DNA from: Camelus ferus
Lineage: Eukaryota
NCBI RefSeq assembly: GCF_009834535.1
Contig: NC_045708.1
Coordinates: forward strand, 18,104,001-18,168,000
Reading direction: 5' to 3'
Length of the DNA stretch: 64,000 nucleotides
Below the pieces are notes generated by a model. That model was not told the DNA's origin. It did not search any database and saw only the letters and a list, made by a program, of their open reading frames with translations. This document shows positions 40,187 to 56,938 of the stretch, in pieces (the stretch's first letter is position 1; each line of letters begins with the position of its first letter). Made by a program: the position numbers and the translations under genes.

Positions 40187-43100
40187 CTATCTTTTTAGAC
40201 GTCAGACACATTCACCAGGAGAATGCTGGCATCTCAACCTCACTGAATACAAGTCATGTTGAGTACTAGGTTCAATTAACTGAACAAGCCAACTCCAAGA
40301 GCTACTTTCAGCTGCAAGAGATAACACATTAAATCCAGAATCTCTAGTAAGGGTGCCCATAGCAATAAAATCAGTCTGATCTAGTGTTTTATTCTTTCCT
40401 TGACCCCACCTCAGTTCTATTCAACCAAGTTCTCCAAGGGTGGAGTCCTGACATCTGTCTTGTTAACAAGCAGCCTAGTAAATTATATATAGCCAGCTGG
40501 AATGCACCCAACGAATACCTTTGGGGAACTACTGTCTAATCCACTTTCCTGCTTTTGACAGATCAGTATCTGAAGCTGGAGAGAGAAAGTGACTTGCTCC
40601 AGACCAAAAGTGAGTTCATGTCAAAGTCAAGACCATAACTTTGGTCTCCTGACTCCTTACCAGAAGTCCTGCTACTCCTCCAGGCCAGCTTTACCACAAA
40701 TGTGGAGGTATGTGATCAGCACACCTGAGAAATTAGTATGGAGATGGGTCAAAATGATAGGCAAACCAAGGCTGCACATGTTCAAGCTATGGGCACTGTG
40801 ATAAAGGTGACCAGGTTTGGGAGAGAATGATGTGTTTCCTTCTGGTTGATTTGTTTTCTAAGAGACTGAAAAATCAACCCAAGAGGGTGAAGCCAAAACG
40901 AAATGGGCTGGCTCACCCAAGTGTAAAGACCATGTGTAGGTTTGCTTCAGACAGGACGACATACGGAGGCTCTGCTCATCAAGGTTGGTCTTCACTGTCT
41001 CCGCTGTCTGTCAGCTCCGTTCTGGGGCAGGCTGTCCTCTCAGGGCTCTGTCTTCCCAGGTTCTTGCACAGCAGGGCAGAGAGAGAAGATTTGTCTCAGC
41101 CATTGCAACAACAGTCCCATAGGCTGTAACGGAGTTACATGTCTGTCTTTAAATAAAGTACTGTAGCCAGAGAAATGCGATAGGCTTTTGACCCAGGCCT
41201 AGGTCAAGTGCCCCACTGAGTAATGTTCCCCTACTGTGGGAGCACAGGGGCTGAGAGTGGCAGAAAGGTGGCCAAGATCAGGGTAAGAGTGCCAGAAGAA
41301 AGACAGTAATTGCTGAACAGCAAAAACTGCAGGCGTGCCCAGTTCTAGGAACGATGGGGACACTGATGATGACGACATAGCCTAGTGGTAACGTTAAGAT
41401 GTTAGTTTTAATGCTATGGTGATGTAAGAGATGGTGCTTAGAATGCGCACCTCCTGGGGTGTCTGCACAGCCCTCAACCTTCACCTTCTCTTGAAAATGC
41501 CCTCCTCACATATAAAAGGGTAAGTCCTCACGGTTGGGTATGTTCAGTGTGACACAACATCTCCATGACCACAGCTCAGTGCTCCCCTTACAAGTGGCTA
41601 GAGGGACTCCTGCCCATTAAAGGGCCCCTGATATCAAAAGCACCCAAAAAGTCATTTAGTAAGGACCACCTGGGCATCTGTCACTCGGGACCCAGTGCTC
41701 AAGACTGCACAGTGTAAGCCATAATCCTCAACGTCTGCTGAGACCTAACACCAGTCAGTCCCAAAGAAACAAACACTTCTTCACATCTCTCACCATGTCC
41801 TCGAAACAAAAGAGGATGGCATCCTAATGCCAGAAGATGTGCATCGCTGCTGACATTGCAGACAGACACTGTCTGGAGTATGGGAAAGACTGGTGAAAGC
41901 ACTTAGGTCAGAGAAAAATACAAATTAATTAACGTGTCAAGTCCTTCCTCTTGGAGAGCATGAATGTTGTGGATTCATGCATGAGGGAGTTTCCCAGCAA
42001 GTGCTAAGTGTCCATTTTCTTGCTTCACTTTGTGTTCCAGTGTGTAGTATTTGCCATAGTAGCATATGACGGCTGAGGGACCTCCTGAAGGTGCTGTTGG
42101 AGTCGTGGTGACAGAGGTGTAGATGATGAGGCATGGAGCAGAATATAGTGGGGGCTGCCCTCCTTCCAGTCCTTGCTTGGGTCCAGAAGACTTGAAGTCC
42201 AGCCTAGCCAACAGAGAAGCAAGGCAGGAAGGCCAGTGGGTAGTGAGAGCGGCCTGCCTGAGCCCCACACGAGCGGCAGAATGGAGGCAGGCAGTGCTGC
42301 TCCATGGCTAAGAGCCAGCTGGAGTCCCAGCTCTGCCAACTGCAAGCTGTGTGACCCTGGGTGAGTGGCTGCCTCTCCCTGCCAGTTTCCTCACCCACTT
42401 CACAGAAAGTTTTGCAGGAGTAAGCGAGGTACTGAGTGTAAAGCACTTAGCATAGTGCCTAGCACAGAGTAAGCACTCAATAAATGTATTTGGTTTTGTT
42501 GTTCTAACGCTAGGTTGTAAGCTCCTGGAAGCAGAATCCTATCTATTTTATTCCTATTGTTCCTTGGCAACATGTAGGTGCTCCAGGAAAAGATGTTTAA
42601 TGATACTTTCCTTCCCACCCCCGCAGCCCCTTCCCTACCCCCCCGCAAGTACCGGGCAGTGGGTGCGCCTGCCGGCTCTGCCCAGAAGCCACACCCCTGC
42701 CAGGGAGAGCGGTGGGAGCCAGGCTATTGTTGTGGCCGAGATTCTTTCCGAAACGGAAGGCCCTGAATTAGGGGAGAGCGGCTCTAATCTCCGTGGGTCT
42801 CACACGTGGCCAGCGGAGGGGGGCTCTTCCTGTGGTGCTGGGGCTCACCCCTCCCTCTCTCTGAACTCTCCTCCTCTCACCGAACCCACGTCCCCTGCTC
42901 CAATTTGATGGAACCCCTGCACCCCATCTTCTCTCTTAGCCCTCCTGAGTGCCTCTCTCTCTCTCTCCCTGGCGCCCCTTCCCTGGCCTCTTGCCCTCGC
43001 TGAGACCCTGGCTCCTGCTGTCCTCCTGGCCTCTTGCTCTCGCCAACCCTCCCCCAACTCCCCTACCCTCTCCAGCCTCCCTATGCCCTCCCTCCCATCG

Positions 43101-46100
43101 CACCCACATCAGAAATCCTCTTCAGACTCAGCTTGGATGCTCTCTCCTCCTTGAAAGCTTCCCACCCTCCCTGGGGCAGAACAGATGCCCCCATGTCCCC
43201 TGCTTTGTTCGTCTCTGTCGCAGCAGCACTGCTCTCACTTGAGCTGTGATCAGTCCTTCACACCTCTGTGTCCCCCGACACCCCCACCTCTGCAGCAGGC
43301 CAAGCTCCCTGCCAGCAGAAGCCGGGTCTGACCCATCTGTTGACCCCACAGCATGGAGCAGTGTTCAGAATGGTTTGTTGACAGCAGATGAGCGTGAAAC
43401 TGCTGGATTAGAAAAAAAAAAAAAAAGACTTAGGCCCACGGTGTCAGGAAGGTGGTGAAGATCTAAGAGGCAGACTCCTCTGATGGTTACCAGCACCTGA
43501 GCCACTTCTCTGTGCCACACAAGAGCTGGTCTTATTCCCATCTTACACAGGAGGAAACTCAGAGATGTGTAGTTCCAGCTCAAAGCCACACAGCCTGCAA
43601 GTGGCAGACCAGGATTAGAATCAAAGGCACCGAGATGTGGTTGGCTGTGGCAAGGGACCTGTAGCTGGCTGGTAAGGGGTGTAATACACATTTCTCCTCT
43701 GTGATGATGTGGATCTGGGGTCTGAGACTGGATCTGAAGGGTCTCCCTGACCTGTCTCATTGTTCTGACACTGACCAGAGCTGCACCCCACACACCACCC
43801 CCTCCTGGAAGGAGCCAGTTCTGACTCAGGCCCATTCCCGTCAATCCTAATCCTCAAGGTGATCCGGGAATGAGCTGGAAATAGGAAGGAAACATCCCTC
43901 AGGTTTGGCCTCCCCTCTCAACCGAGGTCCTGGCTCTAGGGACGGAAGGAGCCACTTTAAGGATCTCCCTGGGGACCCATGACCAGAAAGACAGATGATC
44001 TGGTTCAAGGCAAGTGTGGCCAAGAGGCAGGCAGGCAGGCATGCAGGCAGCTAGAGCTCCACCACACGGTCTCCCCGGCCTCATGCCATCCTCTTTCAGG
44101 GCTTACTCCTTCAGGGATCTCTCACCCGAAAAGCCAACCCAGTCTGACCTCGCCCTCATGACCCTGCTCTCCAGTATGGTAGGGGTCTGTGTCTATTGAC
44201 ATCCTGGGATAGGGTACTGCCACCCCTCAGTCTGGGAGCTCCTGAGGGCGAGGTTGTGTCTCCCTGCTCTGACTGGGGGCCCCAGGGCTAGGGCTGTGTC
44301 TCCCCACTCTGATGCTCCTGAGGAGAGGTGGGGTCACTTCTAGTCACCCTCATCAGACCAGGGGCTACCCCAGGCAGCACCTGTGTTGCACTCTGAATCC
44401 CCTCTTTGTGTCCTAGGTCCCTAGAAAAGAGCTGAGAAGGAGGCCCCTGCTGCCNNNNNNNNNNNNNNNNNNNNNNNNNNNNNNNNNNNNNNNNNNNNNN
44501 NNNNNNNNNNNNNNNNNNNNNNNNNNNNNNNNNNNNNNNNNNNNNNNNNNNNNNNNNNNNNNNNNNNNNNNNNNNNNNNNNNNNNNNNNCCAGCCTCATG
44601 CTTAACCCTTTCATGACCCAGATCTCAGGGCTACTGGCCTGCACTCCCAACCTTCATCTAGAAAATTAGAATGAAAGTACATATTTCATTGGGTTTTCAG
44701 GATTAAATGTGTTAATCATGGTGTGAAGTACTCAGAATAATGCCTAGCATGTATTAGGCTCTCAATAAAAGCTAACTATTATTCCTAATTGTGTGAGCTT
44801 AGATAAGTCATTTCACCTATCTGAACCTCTGTCTCTTCAGTAGTCAAATGGAGAAAATAATAAAACCTACTTCCCAAACATGGTCCTGGGGGTGAATTGT
44901 GATAGTGTACATGAAAGCATTTTGCAGAGTGCTGTAACAACACAATATAGGATTATCATGGATGGAAAAAAACTTTCTTTAACTAGGTAATAAAAATCTC
45001 TTACCCAGAGATTGGTTTTCTGGTTTTCAGACTTATTACCTTACTTGATAGGCAGAGGGTGCAGTGGAAAGAATGGATTTGGGATTGGAATTAGGTAAAT
45101 CTCTCCTGCTCCAAACCTGTTTCCTTAACTATCAAGTGCGGTGGTCACCCCTGCTGGGTTCTGTTTAGGTTCCTTGGGAGGAACAAAGATCAGAGAACAC
45201 AGGTGTGAATGTGTTTGCAAACATTAAAAAGTGCTAGAAGGGAGGGAAAGGGATTTGTGAAAAGTGGCCAGATTAGGGGGAGCAGGGAGCTGCAGGGAGA
45301 CGACCTTTGGGTGGGGGCATTGATCTTTGAGCTCTGGATAGTGCAGTTTACCTGCTGGTGCAGGGGAGGAGTTCTCCTGACACCAGCACTGTGAGATGGG
45401 GCTCCTCTTTGAAACATGGAGTGTCAGATAAGAAACTGTGCCAGCTCTTAGAAGTCCCCAGTGTGGGCAGAGAAGGAAGGATATCCTTTACCCAGGCTTG
45501 GCCCCAGAATCATTCCTTCATCACCTTCTTCCCAGCCAATCCCATTTGCCATCACAGGACCTTGGGCAGAGGCACCTCCAGTAGGTTCTCTTGTGACCTT
45601 CATGTCAAGACATGCTGAGAGGGGCTCACCCTGCACATCTGCAGCACCACTGTCCCCACCCTTAGGTTGCAGATTCCTGGCCTCACCCCTGGGGAGAGCA
45701 AGCTTGATACCATCCACACACCCAGACCAGGACAGGTCTGAACCTGCCACAGAGGGGGAAAAACAAGAACAGTTAACTAGAACTCTGCTATGCTTTCCCA
45801 ATCTGAACTAAGAGGATCTGCCAAGGCCCAGCAGAGGGGGCTGACCCCACCTGAATAGCATGTCCACACCCCAGGCCTCTGGAGGAAGTTTGGGAATCAG
45901 GAGACCTTGTCTGAGGTCCTGGCTGTACCCCAAGCTCACTGTGCCTCTGTGCAAATCACTTAACCTGCAAGGGCCTGTGTAAAATAAAGGAGCTGGACTT
46001 GATCCAAAAGCCTTCTCCAGCACTGAGTCTTTGACCAGGAGGGAGTTAACAGAGGCCAGGCTCCAGGTCAGGAAGGCAAGGGTTAATCTGGTGTGTGTGT

Positions 46101-46169
46101 TGGGGTGGGGGGGTGGAGGCTCTCTTGGCTTTTCCTGTGGAGAGTGAGGTTTGGCTGCCACCAAAGTTC

Positions 46170-46247
46170 CTTCCAGTCCCTGCTGTCCCTCCTGCCCTCA
46201 GTCAAGACCTGCCCAGAGACCCAGGCATTCAGCCTCCCTATGCAGAG
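46170..46247 (+). other. FAM110D: Probable FAM110D 5' non-coding exon (5' end approximate)
   Basis: Strong donor GAG|GTGAGT at 46247/46248, ~1.8 kb upstream of the acceptor of the coding exon. Confidence 0.5.
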
Positions 46248-48039
46248 GTGAGTGTATCCTGAGCCCAAGACTGGGGTGGGAGGGCACCCAGGGACCCAAG
46301 GACAAGGAGTCTGGCACCAAGCCAGTGAGCACTGTCCCCTAGCCTGCTTCCAGAGCCAAAGGCTTGGGCAAAGTTTGGACCACTCCCCAGTACTGGGAGA
46401 AGATAGGCAAAGGGATGGAGGGCACAGGACTGTCTGCCAGGCTGCTAGGGTGGAACGTCTGTGGTCAGGTACCAAGGCAGCCCGGAAGGCAGGGAAGAGG
46501 CAGTAGACAGCAAACTATTTTGGTCCCTGTGTTTAAGAACTTTTTATAGCCTCCTGCTCAGGGCTGGGAAGAGAAGGAGGGGACAGGAGGATACCCATGA
46601 GGTCAGACAAGCACAGTGCCCTCCTGGGACCTTGGAATCTGACCTATTGCTGGGTTTAGTCCTTGGGAGGCAGGAAGGAGGGCACTGCCAGGCTCGCCTT
46701 GCTACCTGGGTTCCCATTCATCAACTACCTATGAGGCTGACTTACCAAACGCTAGATGGGTGTGTGTGTGTGTGTTTGTGTGTGTGAAGACTGAGCAGGG
46801 TGCGCTGGGGTGTGTGGGGTTGTTTGGCAGAGTCTCTGCCCCAGGGCTCCTCACCAGGGCTCCTCCCCCTCATCCCTGGCAAGTTCTGTTCCTTTGTTGC
46901 CTACAGACCTGAGGTCCCCTCAGCCCCTAGAACTGATGTGTCCCTCTCAGCTGAATGGAGGATGGGGGGAGTAGGGGAGCAGGGATGGGGTGGAGTGTGC
47001 TGAGCCATGTGGGTGGCCCATTCTGTTACTACCAAGGGAACTGTCAGTTCTTGATTTACAACTCTTCCTGGCCCCCTTCCTCAGCAGAAGGGAGGTGGAA
47101 GAGAAGGGTCACAGGGTCTCAGGATGAAAAAGGGACAGGGACCCTGAGGGCAGATTTCTGGGAGTGCAGATTATTGGGAAGAATTAGTGGAAGGAACTTC
47201 TTACTGAAGTAAGGGGCCCATCTCTAATGGAAATTGCTTGGTTTTACAGTAGTAGGAATAGAAGCAAAATGTAGAGGAAAGTTCTGATATACAAGTTCAT
47301 TCTGAACTAGTTATGGACCACAAAGGAAGAGACCTGGGTTCTAGTCCCAAGCCCTAACTCTCAGTAAGACCTAAACAAGCCCCCTCCTCTCCCCGGGCCA
47401 GTTTTCTCTTCTATGAAATGGAAATGCAGAGGTAATGTTTACAGTTGGGCATTCTGGAATTCCCTTGGCAGAGGCACATAGTGGGTGGCAGCTGGCTGAC
47501 ATGACCTGGTGACCACCTCCCTCTCCTTTCCTGATGGCCCTGCTGGGCCTGGGCAGGACAGTTGGCTGCAGTTACTGGAGGCTCCTACCCTGTGGTTATA
47601 TCCCTGACCTCTATGCTTGGGGGCGGGATGGGTGGAGCCAGCCTGTGGCTGGGAAGCATCCTTGTCTTGGACTCAAAGTTGCTAGGTTGAGAAGAGGTAT
47701 TTTTTCCGGTTGAGGCCACTTTCGGGAATTGGGCTGGGAACAGCTGAATTTCCTTTTCCAAGTGTCCTACTTGCTGATGCCTGCTTGGCATGGCCCTGTG
47801 GCCATTCTGGGGCACCCTCAAAGGGGCATATGTTGCTAGGTGGCCAGGGAGCCCCTGCCCACTGTTTTTGAGGGATGGGAGGAAGGGATACCTGAGCCTC
47901 TGCCCTCTGGGTATGGCACTAGCTGACTTGGATGGGGGAGGGGCGGCTGGCTGATCCTATTCCCGGGAGTGCCTGCAGCAGAGGGGCAGGGACATCTACT
48001 CTCCCCCTGACCATTCCTTTTTCCCCCAGCAGGCCCTAG

Positions 48040-48939
<900 letters not shown>

Positions 48940-50360
48940 CAGCTGCTGTTCGGGAGCGTGCTCTCGTGGAGTCTGGGATCCCGGGAAGCGCAAGGGGCGA
49001 GCGCGGGGCTGGACCCGGGCACCGGCAGGGACGCCGTGCCTCTGAAGCGCCGGGTGATTTGGGGCAAGCCCTTCCCTCTGGATCTCGGTTTCCCCTCTTG
49101 AACCTTGGGAGGATGGGACAAAATGATCCCGAAGGCCCTTCCCAGCACAGACGGCGGAGGGGAAGGGGGCGGGGGCGGCCTCTCGGCCCCTGTGGAGGCC
49201 GGGTCGGGCGAGTGAAGACAGGTAGGAGAACAGAGAACCTGCTGAATAAAGTCAAAACGTTATTTAAAGGAGTCAGGAGGTTGGATTGGAGAGGAGACGC
49301 ACGTGAGTTTTGGAATGTGGGTTCCAGTCTGACTGTGTAACCCTGGGCAAGCACTCAGCCTCTCGGTAACTCAGCTACACCCGTAGGTGATCAAAGAATT
49401 TTTGAAATGGTGATAAAGTGCTTGGCAAAGTTCCCAGCACATAGGAAGTGCTCAATAAATGAAGCCGCTGTTACCACAACCGACCCCCAGGTGGGTCCAA
49501 ACTAGGGCTGGGAGTCAGGAATAGTGCTTTTGGGGAGTTTTGGCGAGGGGTCTGTTTCCGAATCTGGGGTTCACCGGCCCCTAAAAGGCTCCCCCTCTTG
49601 GAGTTTTGCTGTCCCTTTTGATTACTAGGTATTGTAGGGCTGAGATGTGGAGGATCCAGAACTGAGGACAATTAAGAAGGACCCTTCAAACTAGGATTTT
49701 GAAAACCCACAGCCTCACATCCTGCCACTGCTTCCCTTTCCCTCAAAGACGCAGAAGGTCCCCTGTTTTCCTCACACATTCACATCTCTAAGTCTTTATT
49801 CACTATCCTCCTCCCTTTGCCTAGGTTACCTTCCCTTTTCTCTCTACTCATCCTTCTAAGATTACATATATGCATTCTCCCTCAGGAACTCTTGAATTTC
49901 TTAGTGGGCCTCATCTCTGAGCTCCCAAGTACAACCTTATTTCAGCCAACTAGTCATCTTATGTGGGGTCTGCTGGTATGGATCTGGGTTCCCGTTAGCC
50001 ACTGACCTTCCCCTAGTCACGGGACAGTGCACGTAGCAGGGCCACAGACAAAGTTTGTCGACTTAAAAGGAGCTGGACAGGACGGCGGGACGTGTCCTCT
50101 GGGGTTCCCCAGATTCCTGGAAAGTTGTACCCTAAATCGAGCACAGCCTATCCAGATACCTGGGATGTCTCTGCATATTTTATGCCTGTACGTTTGTAGG
50201 GGAGAAGGTGAGGACCACTCCAGCAGAACCCCGCCCTGAGGTTGTCCACCCCAAAGCAGCCTTCCCCGCCGTCTGGACAAAAGCACGCGGTCACACGAGG
50301 TGTCAGGCCACGGTTTTTATCGCGGGAGGGGGCAAGCGGGCGCCCAGTTCGGCTGGCCGG

Positions 50361-50756
<396 letters not shown>

Positions 50757-51599
50757 TCAGGCGCTGGAGGGGCCCGGGAGAGAGGGGGCCGGTCAAGACC
50801 TGGAGGCAAGGGGAGGGCTCAGAGGCACTGAGAAAGGGGGCTGGGGTAGGACAGGGTCAGAGGAGTAGATGAGGGATCTGGGAAGAGGAGGCCGGGATGA
50901 GTATTCCTGGGAAGAGAGACGGGATCAGGGGTTCAGGGAAGGAACCCCGGGCGAGGCCAGAGGAGGAGAGCCGGAGGCGCCGAGTTTGGGAAGCTGGGGG
51001 AGGAGCCCTGGGAGAGGGGCGGGCCCGAGGATGCTGAGAGACAGTGGGACAGGATGGGGAGTTAGATAAGGGGGAGGGGGCAGGGTCAGACTCTGGAGGC
51101 TGTAGTCCGGGAAGACAAGAGTGAAGCCTTGAGGAGAGAGGCGGGGCGGTAACAAGTTTCTGGTTCTGGGATGGAGGGATAGAGGGTTCAGAAAAATGAG
51201 AGATCCTGGGGAGATGGACAGGTGGAGCGATCCCAAGGGAAGCAGAAAAGCCTAGATCAGAGGCTTAGGGGAGAGGGGGACTGGGAGGTAGCAGGGACAT
51301 GTCGGGGGAAGGGCAATCTAGGAGTAGGAGCGGTGATAAGCCTTGAGGCTGAAGCCTCAGGTCTGAAGAAGTCCTTGAAGAGCTGGGAGGGAGAGGGATG
51401 AGCAGGGAGGGAGAAAAGGAACAGTGGGGCAGGGGAGATGGGAGAAAGGAATAGGGGAAGATGTGACTAGGCTGGAGGAAAGGGCAGAGATGAAGTGTGT
51501 GTCAGAATAGAGTTCGGAGGAAGACAAGGCCCTGGGTCCGACCCCCCCCCCCCAAGCCCCCAGCATAAAGACCTGCTAAGACAGTCCCTAAACTAGTGT

Positions 51600-51742
51600 G
51601 CCTTGAGTCCTCAGGGAGCTTGCTGATAATATACATCCCAGGACTCAGCCAACACCTGCTGAATCAGAATCTTTGAAGGAGGGTCTGGGAATTTATGTTC
51701 ATCACAAGTTCCCTGGGAGGATGAGGGTTTAGACCAATACTT
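51600..51742. mobile_element. MER5A-like hAT element
   Basis: cctgctgaatcagaatct...gggtctgggaatttatgtt...aagttccctggg. Confidence 0.6.
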
Positions 51743-51906
51743 AGGAACCATTGATCTGAACCTCCCTCTGTTCAAACACCTAAAGCTTCTCTCCTGGGTT
51801 CCCTGATTCTGGGCAGATGACCCCTCCCACGTGCATGGGGAGAGAGAGTCCATAATACCTTCTAGCATCTCAATCCCAACAGCTAGTAAATTCCTCATGA
51901 GATCTA

Positions 51907-52224
<318 letters not shown>

Positions 52225-52227
52225 TCA

Positions 52228-52500
<273 letters not shown>

Positions 52501-53484
52501 TCATAGACAAACACATATATTGTGGCCCACTCACATCCTCCAAAAATGCATAAGGTGTACCTCTACACAGTTACCAGTCACACACACACATTACCTGTAG
52601 AGGAAATCCCTGCAGATGCCCTTGAGCTCACATATGTGCCCACCCACAGACACATTCATACACACCCCAAAACGTGGACAAGGGCTTGCATGCCGACATG
52701 GCACACACCTGTACATGAGCGAGCCTCTGCATGACTACAGCTCTTCACCTGTACATAGACATACCTGCTGTGAAGCACCTACACAAGGACACTTACACAG
52801 TTACACCATTCACACCATTCACACCTGTGCACTTCCACAACTGCAGACAGCTGAACAGAGACCCACCTACAGCACACAAAACCTCTCCACCCCTCCACAG
52901 ACACAACACAGATGCACATACACACACCCAAACATTATACCTGCAGGTGCCTGCGTGCCTCCAGAGACTTTTGCCCAAAATAGACACACCTGAAAGTTCA
53001 CACCTGCACACACATCTTAACTGGGGATTCCACACCAACACCAGCCCCAATACTGACCCACAGATACTTCTATACAAGCTCAGCCCTGGACACCAACCTG
53101 TGTAGACACACACTTATTCACACTCACATACACACACCCCAGAACTAGTTCCTGCCTCTGCCATATCTATTTGTGCAATTGCCACTTATCACAGCCTCCA
53201 GATGTAAGACTGTTTCGGAGCCTTTTCATTTTTTTTTTTTATTTTTTTTTAATGTCAGGACAAATATGGTCCAAGTATGGCTCTGATCTGGTGCTGCTAC
53301 AGTGACCCTCTGTGTACAAGTGCCACTTCCCCAACCTCCAGTACCAGGGGGCTTGCTTTCTCCCAAGGCAAGTCATCTCACTTCTGCTCAGCTCTGCCCA
53401 TTAGAAAGCTGAGGCAAACTGAGTGTATCTGTGTGGGTTCTGCCCACAGGTCCTAAAAGGATTTCTTCCGTGTGGCAGCACTTA

Positions 53485-53886
<402 letters not shown>

Positions 53887-54949
53887 TCAGATGACTTCAT
53901 TAAAGATACACCAGCCTCCCCAGATGGCACAGTGCCCAGCAGGCGAACCCAATCCAAAGGAGTCTGTGGTAAGAGTCGGTGTCTGCCAACTTAGCCCCTG
54001 ATCTTGACCCATATTGGCCAAGAATAATGAAGACATCTCTCTCCACAGAGCCTCCTTCCTGGGCCCAGGAGTTCTTGAATTTGATCATTTGGAATGGCTC
54101 CAGAAAGATCCTCTTCCAGTCATGAAGTCCATTTACAAAGTCCTTAGGTTCAGGACCCACAGTGGTGTCCCTGTGACTATAGCTATATAGCTGTGCCCTC
54201 AACAGGGCCTTGCTCTATGTCCACACTCAGCCTCTGTGAAATAGAGTGGGAAGGTCCCAAGGCCCCCAGTCAGTGCCTTGGGCTTACATTTCACTGCTTT
54301 GTCTGGGCTGGAAACTGATTCCTCTCCCCAGGGATGCATGTGCCTGTCTCCCTGTTTCCTGGCAACACATTCCAAAAAACTAGAGCCCCTGAATTATTGC
54401 TGAGTTCCTCTGGTCAGCCTGGAAGGAACCAGGCTCTGGTGCATGGGGAAAAGCTCTCTGGCCCTCTTCCCACTGTGAGTACACAACACTTAGGTTGTAC
54501 CTCTGCATTTGATGCTAGCCCATGCCTGGAAGCCCAGGACTGAGAGAAAGGGGTCAAAGATAAGAGGTCTTTCTGTGAGTACCTCCTTTTCTTGTGAGAG
54601 GAGCTGACCCCTCTTGAGTCTGACAGGATTCCTAAGAACTGTGATCTCTGGGGAGGAACACCCCTCCTTCCCAGATTTGGCTGAGGGGTGGGGGTGGATG
54701 AAAGTTGGAGACCACAGGGAATAACTGGGGAGGGGTAAGAAGTGGTGAGGGCTTTATGAGAGACTAGAGGTATCTCGGAAAGTGCTGTGGGGGCCAGGAT
54801 TCCAAAACTTTGGAATATTCACTCTCATTCATTTATTAATATATTCGCATCACAGACATTTCTCAGTGCCTTCCAGAGATGTTTAAAGCACGCCCTCTCC
54901 AACGCGGAGTCTAAGATCTGGAAAGGGGTGAATAGGCCAGATTGAGATA

Positions 54950-55255
54950 GGTTGGGCCAGGTGGAGCGGGCAGGGCAGCGGACTGGCCTGAATCCCCCCA
55001 GGGCACGCACCGCCCCCCTGCCCCTCCAGCAACGGAACAGGATTCTCTGTGGGGCCCCGCCTCAGCTCCATCACTGCCGTCGACGGCCGCTGGGGGGCGC
55101 TCAAGGAGCAGCCCGCGCTATTGACGTCATCAGAGGCGGTCTGGCGGAGTCTCATTAGTCACCCGGCGTCACTTGGCGTCATTGATCAGTCCGGAAGCGT
55201 CCACACGTGTTCTCCTAACTAGGCTCTGGGACCCCTGGTCCCGCTGTCACCCTCC
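54950..55255 (+). promoter_or_regulatory. ZNF593: ZNF593 CpG-island promoter
   Basis: CTCF-like CCGCTGGGGGGCGCT 55087-55101, perfect CRE TGACGTCA 55122-55129, ETS CCGGAAG ~55191, E-box CACGTG 55204-55209. Confidence 0.75.
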
Positions 55256-55455
55256 ATGGGTCGCTCCCGCCGGACCGGCGCTCACCGAGCGCACTCCCTG
55301 GCCCGCCAGATGAAGGCGAAGCGGCGGCGGCCGGACCTAGATGAGATTCACCGCGAGCTGCGGCCCCAGGTTGCCGCACGGCCCCGTCCAGACCCGAGCG
55401 CCGAGCCCGACCCTGACCTGCCAGGGGACGGCCTGCATCGCTGTCTGGCCTGCGC
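55256..55455 (+). CDS. ZNF593: ZNF593 coding exon 1 (Bud20 orthologue, 60S biogenesis factor)
   Basis: [37 protein letters not shown]...GLHRCLAC+GC|gtgagt. Confidence 0.95.
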
Positions 55456-55690
55456 GTGAGTCCCAGCCGGGCCTGGCCTGAGGAAGAAAAGGGTCCGCGG
55501 TACGGGCCGGGGATGTGAGGTCCGAGCCCCGGGGCGCGCAGTGTCTCCTCTCCTGGGACCCGTGGGTCTGCTGGCACCCCATCCCTTCAAGCCTGGAGCT
55601 GAGCGTCAGGGAACGAACTGGGGTCAGGGAGATAGGCATATCTGAGAGGCATCACCTTCTCACTCTTCTCCTTACCCTCCATCCCTACAG

Positions 55691-55753
55691 GAGGTACTTC
55701 ATCGATTCTGCCAACCTGAAGACTCACTTCCGATCCAAAGACCACAAGAAGAG
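55691..55753 (+). CDS. ZNF593: ZNF593 coding exon 2
   Basis: tacag|(A)RYFIDSANLKTHFRSKDHKK+AG|gtatga; completes the C2H2 finger CLAC...H.....H. Confidence 0.95.
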
Positions 55754-55843
55754 GTATGAAGGAGTAGAAGAGGATTGATGGATGGGTGCCGGTTGGACAG
55801 GGCTGGCTTCTGGTTAGCTCTCAACTCCTATTCTTTTTCCCAG

Positions 55844-55985
55844 ACTGAAGCAGCTGAGCGTGGAGCCCTACAGTCAAGAAGAGGCGGAGAGGGCGGCGGG
55901 TATGGGTTCCTATGTGCCTCCCCAGTGGCTGGCAGTGCCCACAGAAGTATCCACTGAAGTCTCTGAGATGGACACGTCTACCTGA
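55844..55985 (+). CDS. ZNF593: ZNF593 coding exon 3
   Basis: cccag|(R)[23 protein letters not shown]...MDTST*; total 405 nt = 134 aa; AATAAA 56120-56125. Confidence 0.95.
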
Positions 55986-56473
55986 CATGGCCTGAGGATG
56001 CAAGGCAGAGGAGCTGCCCATGGACAATGATGCAAGGGCCAGGCTGGGAGAGACTGTGCCAGTCTCTCTTGGCCCTGGGTCTGGGATTTGGATGGCCTCT
56101 TCTGGGTGCCCTCCCTCCCAATAAAAGAACTGGATCAAGAAGGCTTTCCTCTGACTCTCTAACCTCCAGGCCACTCCCCAAAACTCCTGCCCTCCAAAAA
56201 TTCCTCTACTACTCCTGCGTGCAGGGCCCAGGGTGTCTCCTCCCGACTTGATCCAGCTTTGGAACCTGCATCCTTCCCTTCCCTCAGGGGTCCTGGCATC
56301 TGAGTTGAAGCCCCCAGTTGGAACCCAAGTGTGTGGAGGGGTAGGATCAGGTTTATACTATCCTGCTTCCAATGAGGGCAGGGACTGACCCCCAGAAATG
56401 AAGATTCCTGAGATTGTAGCCTCTGCTGAGTCACCTACCCCCCCAGGACCCAGGTGAGAGGCCGCCCGCTTCA

Positions 56474-56698
<225 letters not shown>

Positions 56699-56893
56699 CT
56701 ACTGGGGGAAGGAGATACAGATGCCATTGCTGGCCAGGGAGATTCCACCCCAATCCCTCTCGCTTCACTGCCCATCTGGGCCCTGGCTGCTCAGGCGGCA
56801 GGGAACGTGACAGCCTGGCTGCTGGGTGTCAACCCAGCCATGGTACGGGGAGAAAGGGGTCGGTGCCAGAAACTGCTGGTTAGGGGCGCTTAC

Positions 56894-56938
56894 CTGTAGC
56901 ACTCGGAAGTAGCCAGGGGTCAGGCGCCGAAATCGCAT
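56894..56938 (-). CDS. ZNF593OS: ZNF593OS coding exon 1
   Basis: Kozak cccaccATG; MRFRRLTPGYFRVLQ|gtaagc; phase-0 join to exon 2 gives 63 aa. Not in the ORF track because it is too short. Confidence 0.85.
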
